A DNA stretch of 32,000 nucleotides from Candidatus Heimdallarchaeota archaeon (GCA_030149205.1 JASBSB010000001.1:300001-332000); one strand, 5' to 3'; counted from the first letter of the stretch, positions 18,599 through 27,536 are shown. A program made the numbers and translations. The notes: generated by a model not told the origin, from the letters alone.

Positions 18599-19551
18599 AA
18601 CTGTTCCTCAACCAAAAGTGGATTACTCACATAATTCAAAAACACTCTTTCTAATGCATCATGAACTGGTTTTAAGAACTTAAGTTCCCAATGATTTTCT
18701 GAACAAAGTCTTGGTACTGTCGACCAGAATTCTGACAAATTAGAGACATTTCTTACAAATATTATAGAGTTTTCGAGTTCTGTATCATACCCTAAATTTG
18801 CAAGCTCTGTAATTAACTTCTCAGGCTCTGAACAATGAATCTCATAGTTAGAGTCATAAACTTCATTAGTTAATTTCCAAACTGGACCTGCCGTTAATAC
18901 CTTCCCATTTGCGAGTATTGCGATATAGTTTGTCATTCTTTGAATCTCAGGAAGGATGTGGGAAGATATTATTATTGTTTTTTGACGATTCCTAGCATAT
19001 TGAGTAATCAAATTCATTACATAGATCCTGCCTTCTGGATCCAAACTCGCAGTTGGTTCATCAAGAATTAATATTTCTGGATCCCCTATAAGAGCGTTGG
19101 CAAAGCCTAATCGTTGCTTTTCTCCTCCACTCAATTTACCAACATTTTGATTCTCATATCTCCCTAAACCTACTTCATTCAAAAGCTCTCTGGAGTGATT
19201 TAAAGCATCTGACTTAGAGAATCCTCTTAACCGACACATCAGTTCCATGAACCTAATGACAGTTTTATCTGGGGGCTGAGTAGGACTTTGTGGAAGATAC
19301 CCTATCTTTTTTGCTATATCTTTCCTCTGTTTCCAAGAATCCATCCCTAGAACATTTATTTTACCACTGGTAAGCCTTAGGCGACCGGTGATTAATTTAA
19401 GCGTTGTTGATTTTCCTGCACCATTTGGACCTAGTAGTCCAAATAATGTCCCCTTGGGGACTTCTAGATTCAACCTGTAGACTATGGGTTTGGTTTGAAT
19501 AAATTTAGAGACATTGGTTGCTCTGATTACAACCTCGCTTTCTGTGGTCAT
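18595..19551 (-). CDS. ABC transporter ATP-binding protein (exporter type)
   Basis: GPNGAGKST Walker A, LSGGEKQR signature, LILDEPT Walker B, SSH switch. Confidence 0.95.
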   Translation of the reverse strand: MTTESEVVIRATNVSKFIQTKPIVYRLNLEVPKGTLFGLLGPNGAGKSTTLKLITGRLRLTSGKINVLGMDSWKQRKDIAKKIGYLPQSPTQPPDKTVIRFMELMCRLRGFSKSDALNHSRELLNEVGLGRYENQNVGKLSGGEKQRLGFANALIGDPEILILDEPTASLDPEGRIYVMNLITQYARNRQKTIIISSHILPEIQRMTNYIAILANGKVLTAGPVWKLTNEVYDSNYEIHCSEPEKLITELANLGYDTELENSIIFVRNVSNLSEFWSTVPRLCSENHWELKFLKPVHDALERVFLNYVSNPLLVEEQL

Positions 19552-19608
19552 TATGTTATTTGAATGGACTTGCCCGAATATTTAACCGTTCCCAAATTAG
19601 AGCTTGCA

Positions 19609-20007
19609 TTATAACAGTTTCAATTGACTAGTAAATGAGAGTTGATCAACTGGAGCTGGCCCTATTGCAATAGCTGTAGTTGTCCCTGGTTCCAATTGGG
19701 TAAGTCCAGCATCGTTAATGATCGCTCTTGGTAGTTTACTCTTTTCTGCGAGCCGATAAAGGGATAATAACTCTTCTTCAGAGTTGACTTTAAGTGCCAC
19801 CTTTTTTGTTCCCTGCCTCTGCCAGCGTTTGAACCAGTCATTATTGTGGTTTATGGCAAAAAGTGCAGACTGAACTGCAGCATGACTACCTTGAGCGACC
19901 ATTTTCCCTTTTCCCATTTTGAGATCTACCCTTAATATAATCACCTGTTTAACTTCATTTGCTTTAGGATTTAAGCTAGGAATTCTCACAACCTCAAATT
20001 CATTCAA
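19609..20007 (-). CDS. pth2: Peptidyl-tRNA hydrolase, archaeal/eukaryotic type (Pth2)
   Basis: KQVIILRVDLKMGKGKMVAQGSHA, KKVALKV, INDAGLTQLEPGTTTAIAIGP. Confidence 0.95.
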   Translation of the reverse strand: MNEFEVVRIPSLNPKANEVKQVIILRVDLKMGKGKMVAQGSHAAVQSALFAINHNNDWFKRWQRQGTKKVALKVNSEEELLSLYRLAEKSKLPRAIINDAGLTQLEPGTTTAIAIGPAPVDQLSFTSQLKLL

Positions 20008-20039
20008 TTACATTTTAAATTATGGATTAATACAAGAAA

Positions 20040-21263
20040 TCATTTTTGAACTATTGCCCTTAACAATTTGAGTGATGTTTTCATATAATATGGATAGAGA
20101 CTTATGGTTCTTAATAATTTAATCGCTAATTTTGCTTGATTATCAACATCACCATAACTCTCAATAGCTGTAAGAAGACCTTTTTGTTCTAATCTATCAA
20201 AAAATTCATTCATCTGATTATCAGATAGATTGTTGATATAATTTCTTACCTTCCGTTGATACCATAAGTTCTTGTAAAGCTCTTTTCTCCATAATTTTTC
20301 ATAAGTATGGAGAAATGCCTTTGAAGGGTTGTTTTGTTTTATTGCATCTGCTGCAACAGTTCCAGCAATTTGAGCAGCAATTCCGCCTAAAATTACTCCG
20401 CCTCCTGTGGTCGGTTTAGTCTGTCCAGCCACATCCCCTACAAGTAATATGTTATCATCATAAGTTCTTTTAAGTGGTCCCGTTACCGGGATCTTTCCTG
20501 CAATTTTGCGGCTCGTAGTAGCCCCTTTCACCTTTTGGTTTAGGATGGGGTGTTCTGCAAGCATTTTATCAAGTGCTTTCCCAGCATGAGGATTACTTGT
20601 GCCCAGCCCAATTTTTGCTGAAGACTCACTCATTGGGATTATCCATCCGAAAAAATTTGGAGCATACTTTTGGGTTTGATACAATTCTACAAGATCAGAT
20701 TCAATATCATTCAAGTCATTCATAAACACCTGAGCTGCAAAGATACGTGATTTCTCCTCTGGTAGTTTGAACCCAAGAGACCTGGCTAGCTTCCCTCTTA
20801 CACCCTCAGCAATTATTGCCATTTTCGTCTCTATTTCTATTGACTCACCAGATTTGTTAGATGCAAAAACCCTCATCGAATTGTTATCCCTCAATATTTC
20901 TCTTACTCTAAATGGAAACAAAATTTCTGCTCCTTCTGATTTTGCTCGTTCTATTAAAAATTGATCAAACTTTGCTCTGTCTGTAACCATTGCATGTTTC
21001 TTATTCTTTCTTACAGTGAGAGTCTTTCCATTTGGGGCAATTAGGCGTGAACCATAGATATGATCATTAAATATCATTGATGAAGGGGGAATAGAGTCTA
21101 ATTGTTCCAATCCAGTGTAACTAAACAACCCTGAACAATGTTCCGGGTATCCTAATCTCCCATGTTCCTCAATAATAAGTGTCTTAGCTCCATTGCTCGC
21201 TGCAGTTCTAGCAGCCTGAGCACCATTAGCAGAACCGCCAACCACAACGACATCATAATCCAT
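20040..21263 (-). CDS. Geranylgeranyl reductase family FAD-dependent oxidoreductase (archaeal lipid reductase-like)
   Basis: YDVVVVGG...G, PEHCSG, DRAKFDQFL, FGWIIP, LVGDVAGQTKPTTGGG. Confidence 0.88.
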   Translation of the reverse strand: MDYDVVVVGGSANGAQAARTAASNGAKTLIIEEHGRLGYPEHCSGLFSYTGLEQLDSIPPSSMIFNDHIYGSRLIAPNGKTLTVRKNKKHAMVTDRAKFDQFLIERAKSEGAEILFPFRVREILRDNNSMRVFASNKSGESIEIETKMAIIAEGVRGKLARSLGFKLPEEKSRIFAAQVFMNDLNDIESDLVELYQTQKYAPNFFGWIIPMSESSAKIGLGTSNPHAGKALDKMLAEHPILNQKVKGATTSRKIAGKIPVTGPLKRTYDDNILLVGDVAGQTKPTTGGGVILGGIAAQIAGTVAADAIKQNNPSKAFLHTYEKLWRKELYKNLWYQRKVRNYINNLSDNQMNEFFDRLEQKGLLTAIESYGDVDNQAKLAIKLLRTISLYPYYMKTSLKLLRAIVQK

Positions 21264-21362
21264 AGTCTTAAGTTTACAACCATAAATAAAATGTTTGACA
21301 AATAGTCAGCCTCAATTTTTTTAGACAAAGTATAAAAGGAATGATGACAATTAGGTATTATA

Positions 21363-21665
21363 GTGACAGTTATAGCACATCACTTACGTTGTGATAGCAG
21401 AAAGGTTTGCTCACAGTGCTCAATTTATCTTTGGAAACCTCCTAAGGAAGATGAACCTAAATTTTATTATTGGTGTCCAGCCTGTCGAAATGATATATTA
21501 TGTGATAGGGGACTTGTGCAAGATTATGTCTACGATGAACTCATTCAGGCAAAACGGGTGATATATCGTTGTTTGATTTGTCGGACAGAGGTTGAAGACC
21601 GAAGATGGCCTCCAGAAGGTGGTATTCAACTAAAAATTGCAGAACAGAATGCGAATAGAATTTAG
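21363..21665 (+). CDS. Small Cys-rich putative double zinc-binding protein
   Basis: 8 Cys in 100 aa, including CSQC, CPAC and CLIC. GTG start with AGGT 6 nt upstream. Confidence 0.65.
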   Translation: MTVIAHHLRCDSRKVCSQCSIYLWKPPKEDEPKFYYWCPACRNDILCDRGLVQDYVYDELIQAKRVIYRCLICRTEVEDRRWPPEGGIQLKIAEQNANRI

Positions 21666-21779
21666 AATTATTTATTTAAGAGTTAATTTTTAAATTTATT
21701 AGCTAAATTATTAAATGTTAGTCAATATAATTGAATTGAAATAAAAAGGTATTAAAGCAAAATTGACCCCCCTCTAGTT

Positions 21780-24137
21780 ATGGAGTCATTTAAGGATAAC
21801 TCAAAAGCAGAAAGTGTAGAAGACACACCTTCAAAACCTATAGGGTTGATGAAAGGATTGCTTATCACCATTCCATTACTATTAGTAATAGAGATTGGTT
21901 CGAAGTTTTTATTTAAACCTGAAACTCAACTGTTAGACCGTCTGTTGGTTTATATCTTAGGATTAGCAACGATTCTGGTATTAGCATTTTTCACAAAATC
22001 ACTCTTGAAAATGGTTTTCGTAGGAACCCCAGTAATAATTATTACAAGTTTTATTCCACCTTATTTTCTTCCAAATTACTTTACAAGTGTATTTGGTTTA
22101 TTTGGATACTCTAGACCAGCTGTGGAACAATTCATTATAATTTTAAAGCATAACCCAAGTCTAGTTCCAAACTCTCAACAGATACTAAACTATTCTAACT
22201 ATGCATTGACATATTTTTTTGTTTTTGACCTTGTTATTAGTCTGGTTCTCTTAACTATTACTGCAATCGGATTCACCTTGCTCGCAAAAGTTTTTACACG
22301 AAAACCAAACGCGTTTACAATCATATTAGTAATTTTCATGGTTGTATTCTTACTCATTGGTGCAGTGGCACTTCCGTATGGATTGACCGTGACGTCTGGT
22401 GTATCTCAATTTAGTCTGGATATGTCGGTGGGTAGTACTTACCTGTTTAATGGAATTCAAGATTACATGAAAAATATTAACACAAATAATTTGACATTTG
22501 CCATATCCCAGATCCAAAATTCAAGTTCTTGGTTTAAAGAAGCAAAGCTGGTTATTTCAAGCTTAAATAGCCTTGGTATCTCACAGCTCTTATCGACCTC
22601 AGGGTTATCTACTTATCAACCTATCTTTGATAATGGATTAATTGCAGTGCAAGGAGTTACAATTTTAGCTCAAGCTATGAGTCCCTTGTTAGTTTCATTT
22701 AGTGGACTTAAGTCCGGATTCGATAAGACCTTTGGAACTATATCATTAAGTGGTTCAATCTTGAAACTAAGTCAATCAACTTCACAAAAGCAATTTGATG
22801 CTGGAATTGCAGAGCTTAGACAATCGTTTAAAAATATGACTGAGGCCATCAGACTGGTAAAAGAAGCGGTAAATACCTTCAAAAAAATGGATCAAACTAG
22901 CCTTGAGAAGAGTTTACTTCAGACTGGAGTACCTCAAGACATGATTAAGACCATTAGTTCCATGTTTACAACAACTGATTTGGTTCAATCAGCTTTAAAT
23001 GTCTTCAATGTTATGATAAACCCAATTCAATATAACGGTACGACATCTCCTGATGCACCTTTAATTCATCTTGCAAGAGGTGCCTACGATTTGAGCAGAG
23101 TATCTAAACTTGTAGGAGGAACCTCCAGCTTTGAAAAGACTGAGAGATACTGGCCAAATATTGTTCAAAATATCTCAATCTTCCAAGAAACATTAAAATC
23201 TCCAGCTTACAATAACTTTTCTCAAATAAATACAAGTGGTTTAGACCCAACAATAGGAAATTTTGTTAATCAAATCAAAGGTGCATTTAATTTTGTAAGA
23301 GATGCTGGAAATGTAGCAATCGAATTTGGAAACTTTGGAACCAATGTTGTACCAGTTATTAGAAGAATGAATACTTCTCTAGCTATCTTTCAAGATCCTG
23401 CTAAAAATTTCACAACTATATCCGATAAAGAATATGACAACTCATACAATAATCTGACTCAAGTCATAACTGATTCGCAGGGTTTGAATGCAAGCGCCTT
23501 TAAAATTAAGGCCATTACACAGAATATGACCCAAAATGCAAACAACCAGAGCTATTATGGGTTAATGACACAACCAGCGAAACAGTTTACAGCCTTGTTC
23601 TCACAATTTAATTTGACTCAAAACGCACAAAATTTCATTTATCTAGGTAATGCGTTTCAAAACGTTATACTGACAGCTAAAGAACTTAAAAAAGTTGATG
23701 TTTTCATGAAAAACATCGAAACAGACCTTACAGCAGTAAAGAATGCTGGAACAACCTCACAACAAGCAACTGAATTAAATAATAGAGCTCCGAACATTAA
23801 CGCAAATGTAACCCTGGTTGACACAGCATTAAACAATTCAAAGCTTTATTTAGGAAATGCACAGGGAAATTTCACGTTAGCTTATACAAAGGGAGGTATG
23901 ACCCAGTTAGGAACTGTAAACACGGCATTATCAAACATCGCAATTGATATTAATGACATCCAAGGTCCAACAGCCCTAGGAAAAGTAAAAGAGATTATGA
24001 AAGACCCATCAACCTACGCAAGTAATAATGGAGGAATTGGACCAACCCTTTCTGATCTTGATACTGCAATCCAAAATATCGTTGTAGGAATGGGTAAAAT
24101 TAGTAATGACCTGAAAGGTGTCACAATTAGCGGTTAA
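21780..24137 (+). CDS. Uncharacterised 785-aa membrane protein: 5 N-terminal TM helices and a large extracellular, sequon-rich helical domain
   Basis: Five hydrophobic segments in the first ~205 aa, then ~580 aa rich in N/Q/S/T with about 17 N-X-S/T sequons (hand count). Confidence 0.8.
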   Translation: MESFKDNSKAESVEDTPSKPIGLMKGLLITIPLLLVIEIGSKFLFKPETQLLDRLLVYILGLATILVLAFFTKSLLKMVFVGTPVIIITSFIPPYFLPNYFTSVFGLFGYSRPAVEQFIIILKHNPSLVPNSQQILNYSNYALTYFFVFDLVISLVLLTITAIGFTLLAKVFTRKPNAFTIILVIFMVVFLLIGAVALPYGLTVTSGVSQFSLDMSVGSTYLFNGIQDYMKNINTNNLTFAISQIQNSSSWFKEAKLVISSLNSLGISQLLSTSGLSTYQPIFDNGLIAVQGVTILAQAMSPLLVSFSGLKSGFDKTFGTISLSGSILKLSQSTSQKQFDAGIAELRQSFKNMTEAIRLVKEAVNTFKKMDQTSLEKSLLQTGVPQDMIKTISSMFTTTDLVQSALNVFNVMINPIQYNGTTSPDAPLIHLARGAYDLSRVSKLVGGTSSFEKTERYWPNIVQNISIFQETLKSPAYNNFSQINTSGLDPTIGNFVNQIKGAFNFVRDAGNVAIEFGNFGTNVVPVIRRMNTSLAIFQDPAKNFTTISDKEYDNSYNNLTQVITDSQGLNASAFKIKAITQNMTQNANNQSYYGLMTQPAKQFTALFSQFNLTQNAQNFIYLGNAFQNVILTAKELKKVDVFMKNIETDLTAVKNAGTTSQQATELNNRAPNINANVTLVDTALNNSKLYLGNAQGNFTLAYTKGGMTQLGTVNTALSNIAIDINDIQGPTALGKVKEIMKDPSTYASNNGGIGPTLSDLDTAIQNIVVGMGKISNDLKGVTISG

Positions 24138-24151
24138 TTCTAAACAATTTT

Positions 24152-24916
24152 TTACGAGTTTTTATTAACAAATTCTTCCAATTTAACTTTAAACTGTTCT
24201 CGTTTGCAGGCCATGCTTATGGTCTCAAATTCTAAACTAGAGGATTTTTCAAACAGATCAATTAAATTTTGATTCAACAGTTTCTTGGTTTTAGCATTAA
24301 CCCATTTATCTCTTTTAGTATATTCAACGGCTATTACAATAGCTTGTTCAATAAGTTCCTCTCTGGATCCTGAGATTCGATCGAAGAGAGAAGCACTCAT
24401 TTCGTCAACACGGATGATCTTCCCTTGAGTGAAACATTGTAGTAAAAATGATCTTGAAAAGAAATTTTGAAGTATTATTGATGTTCCAGAATCAGGAGTC
24501 AATGCTAGATTCCCGAAGGCAAATGCAATTTTTGAGTCGTTCATTACAACCCTATGGTCTGAGGCAAAAACCAATGAGATACCTCCTCCTGCGACTGCCC
24601 CATTTAATGCTGCAATTATTGGAAGGGGATGAGTTAGCATTTTTAAAATAATTCTGTTTACAACAGGTACAACCTTATCAACATACCCAGAGGGATTATT
24701 ACTTTTTAATTCTCTATACATTTCCCCCACATCCCCTCCAACTGAAAATAGCTTTGATTTTGATGTTAAGATTATTGCACCAAGTTTTGCATCATTTTGG
24801 GCTGCGTCCAACCAAAATTCTAGCTCTTTTAGAAATTCCATAGTGTATGAATTTGTTTTTGAATTAAATTCTAAAAGCAGGATTCGGTCTTGTTTAGTTG
24901 CTACAATAGTTGCCAT
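24152..24916 (-). CDS. Crotonase-superfamily enoyl-CoA isomerase, PaaG-like
   Basis: FSVGGDV oxyanion loop, NGAVAGGG, AFGNLALTPDSG with the PaaG-type Asp, and no hydratase Glu pair. I moved the start from the track's 24982 to ATG 24916 (MATIV), where the crotonase fold begins. Confidence 0.75.
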   Translation of the reverse strand: MATIVATKQDRILLLEFNSKTNSYTMEFLKELEFWLDAAQNDAKLGAIILTSKSKLFSVGGDVGEMYRELKSNNPSGYVDKVVPVVNRIILKMLTHPLPIIAALNGAVAGGGISLVFASDHRVVMNDSKIAFAFGNLALTPDSGTSIILQNFFSRSFLLQCFTQGKIIRVDEMSASLFDRISGSREELIEQAIVIAVEYTKRDKWVNAKTKKLLNQNLIDLFEKSSSLEFETISMACKREQFKVKLEEFVNKNS

Positions 24917-25037
24917 TATGACACATGTTATCATGATGCTAATTAATCTGTCTTTCCAATTGGAGATATTTATTAATTTCAAATTGAGAGAATATTAATT
25001 TAGAATAGAGCTAGAGAAAAGCAAGTATAACTTACTC

Positions 25038-25628
25038 TTAATCCTCCTTTGATCGCCACTCAATAATTGATTCTCTTAACATATCAAATGCCTTTTTGAT
25101 ATTTATTCCCTCTTTTGCTGAGGTTTTTATCATCTTTATATCAAATCTACCTTCAAATCTTGTTCGAAGCTTATTAACATAAGCTTCTACCTCATCAAAT
25201 TTAACATGTCCCTCTTTACCCTCTTCATAAATATCAATCTTAGTTGCCACAACAACTATCGGAGTTCCTTCACTGTAGGTGTTACGAACTAATTCATCTA
25301 CCCATTTATCCAGATTATTAAGGGTCTCAACTCTTGTAGTGTCAAAACAAAGAAGAGTTCCTAGGGTACCTGCGTAAAACATGGGTCTAACATTCTCAAA
25401 TTTTGGTTGTCCCGCAAGATCCCAGATGCTCCATTTGTAGTTATCATCACCGACTCTTTCTTGGAAATAAGCGAAGTCTGCCCCAATAGTGTTCAAATAT
25501 TCAACTTGAAAACCCTCACCCATATATTTTCTCCTTAGACTTGTCTTACCAACTCTACCATCCCCTAAGAGTACAACCTTATGAATAAATGTACGTTTAA
25601 TACCTGACTGAGGTACTTCTTCACTCAT
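25038..25628 (-). CDS. Rab-like small GTPase (Ras superfamily; eukaryotic signature protein)
   Basis: KVVLLGDGRVGKTS (G1), TIGADF (G2), WDLAGQ (G3), TKID (G4), TSAK (G5). No C-terminal Cys. Confidence 0.93.
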   Translation of the reverse strand: MSEEVPQSGIKRTFIHKVVLLGDGRVGKTSLRRKYMGEGFQVEYLNTIGADFAYFQERVGDDNYKWSIWDLAGQPKFENVRPMFYAGTLGTLLCFDTTRVETLNNLDKWVDELVRNTYSEGTPIVVVATKIDIYEEGKEGHVKFDEVEAYVNKLRTRFEGRFDIKMIKTSAKEGINIKKAFDMLRESIIEWRSKED

Positions 25629-25862
25629 GACTTAACTTATCTAATTTATCCTCCTTTATCAACCTTCTTGAAAAATTATGAATATTCGTTATTGTAGTTG
25701 GAAAATTAAATTATCTGAATGAATGCTGAAAAGATATTAAATGACCTAAACCCATAAGAAATATAACAATTCTATTATAACACTTGTTCACTAACTTGTC
25801 TCAAACTCATTGTATATAAACTCAAGAGAGAGATATTTAATATAGAATAATGGTGATATAAT

Positions 25863-26372
25863 TTGAAATTAACATTAGATAGAATGTGTATTACAACTAA
25901 TGATTTCTGTATGAACTGTACTAAAAAACTCAAAAACAAGGAGGTAACAAAGGTCGACATTGCTGTTGGAAAGATTATTATCAAGGTCTCCAAACAATTT
26001 AAGGTGTTGAATTCAATTTCTCTTGAAAAGATCATTCTGACCAACAACGCCACCTATTTACTTGTAAAAGAAGGTGACAAGAAAAAATTAGAAGAAGTGG
26101 GATTTTCATTACTCAATGAACTCAGTGATGCAGTCGGAACAGATATTATTTATCTTGAAAAAGTGAAAAATGTCAAAAAATTTGTAGAAGAAGTAACCTA
26201 TCCCACCACACCTGTTAAAACCTCAACTGTTTTTATTCCTCCCTTTGGAGAAAAAGAGTTAAAGGTAGAATTCAAGAAAGCTGATAAAAGTAAGATTAAA
26301 ATCAGTCAGGGTGAACTCTCAAGTCTTACACATGATCTATATGGGCTTGATGCTCATTATGCTTTTACATAG
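25863..26372 (+). CDS. Archaeal NusA2-type KH protein (eS7-related) with a degenerate N-terminal Zn site and no GxxG loop
   Basis: MK..DxxC-x6-CxxC..KL N-terminus, VT.VDI.V helix, KH-like LLVKEGD...L..ELS..VG..I..LE, EEVTYP, and LYG.D.HY.F C-terminus. Confidence 0.72.
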   Translation: MKLTLDRMCITTNDFCMNCTKKLKNKEVTKVDIAVGKIIIKVSKQFKVLNSISLEKIILTNNATYLLVKEGDKKKLEEVGFSLLNELSDAVGTDIIYLEKVKNVKKFVEEVTYPTTPVKTSTVFIPPFGEKELKVEFKKADKSKIKISQGELSSLTHDLYGLDAHYAFT

Positions 26373-27536
26373 TCAACAAAGTGACTTAACACCAGATCGC
26401 ATTATTTCTCTTAATACCACAGTTGCATAGGAACCTGTTGGAATTCGAAAGATAACCTGAAAATTATTATCAATTTTTCTTGATTTAAATTGTTCAGGGT
26501 ATAAATAAAATAATCTAGTAGAATGCCTAAAAGATTTCAACATATCTACAGTTAGATTATGTGTTTGAAACAACTCCATCCAGACTTTATTTATTGGTTC
26601 TTTCCATTTATTACTAGGTAGAGCTATTTCTATATTATTTTGTTGGGAATCTTTAGCTTTTCTCTCCCCTTTAAGCAATTTGATATCAAGGGTACTTGAC
26701 CTGATTGATAGGTAATTGTTCCATAAAAGTGAAATTACGGATCGCTGAAATAGATTTAAGAGAAATCTTGGAATTGTCAACATGGCTTGTTTATGGTCAC
26801 CAGTTTTATTGAGCTTTATCAATACATTTCGTTCAATTGAAGGGATGAATGATTCGGACCTTAAGGTAATCTCAGGATCCCTTGTATCTTGCCACACCTT
26901 GCGAAATTCATGCTCTGCGTAATTTTCTGCTCCAATTAAATAATTAAGTGCCTCACGATAATTCCCTCTTAGTAAATTAATTCCAACATTAAAATTAGAT
27001 GGGCTAGTACAACCAAATCTCTGATACCCGTAGTAATTCAGAGTCTTAAAATCAGTGGGTGCTTCAAAATCTAAATTGCTTACATCCCGAATAAGTATAT
27101 CAAATTGATTACCTGTAATATGACCTCTCGGTAAACCCTTTACAGAGGATCCAATTTTTCGAATTTGAAGACCTTCTATGAGTTCAACTTTTGTAGTATC
27201 GGTGTTTTGTTGAGGGTTAAATACTGCTATTTCTTGAGTTATTTCAGCTTTTTTGTCCTTTATACCAGCAGTAGAAACATCACTCTGACTCACGCCAAAA
27301 AATTTTGATATCTCTGAAAGCATCAATTGATGTGGTAAATTTTTTCGGTTAGCTACAAAATGTACATACGAACAAGATGTACAAGGATGTGAGAGACGAG
27401 ATTTAGATGAAACGAGTACTCCAGAATCATCAATTTCCACAACTTTAAAGTCAGAAGCTTCTGTTTTTATTCGACCTCCAATTCCTTTGAAATCATAAAT
27501 ATATTTATTCATCCCAAATACAGAATCTGACAGCAA
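26373..27536 (-). CDS. truD: tRNA pseudouridine(13) synthase TruD/Pus7
   Basis: GGRIK...DFKVVEI, AGIKDKKAEITQ (catalytic Asp), NQFDILIR, NYYGYQRFG, F.IPTGSYATVVLRE. Confidence 0.92.
   Translation of the reverse strand: MLSDSVFGMNKYIYDFKGIGGRIKTEASDFKVVEIDDSGVLVSSKSRLSHPCTSCSYVHFVANRKNLPHQLMLSEISKFFGVSQSDVSTAGIKDKKAEITQEIAVFNPQQNTDTTKVELIEGLQIRKIGSSVKGLPRGHITGNQFDILIRDVSNLDFEAPTDFKTLNYYGYQRFGCTSPSNFNVGINLLRGNYREALNYLIGAENYAEHEFRKVWQDTRDPEITLRSESFIPSIERNVLIKLNKTGDHKQAMLTIPRFLLNLFQRSVISLLWNNYLSIRSSTLDIKLLKGERKAKDSQQNNIEIALPSNKWKEPINKVWMELFQTHNLTVDMLKSFRHSTRLFYLYPEQFKSRKIDNNFQVIFRIPTGSYATVVLREIMRSGVKSLC

Noticed and set aside
21341-21394. ATG-ATG-initiated 17-codon frame upstream of the zinc protein, suggesting a frameshift
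   Set aside because: The GTG at 21363 has its own AGGT RBS and yields a complete Cys pattern, and no slippery sequence is seen.
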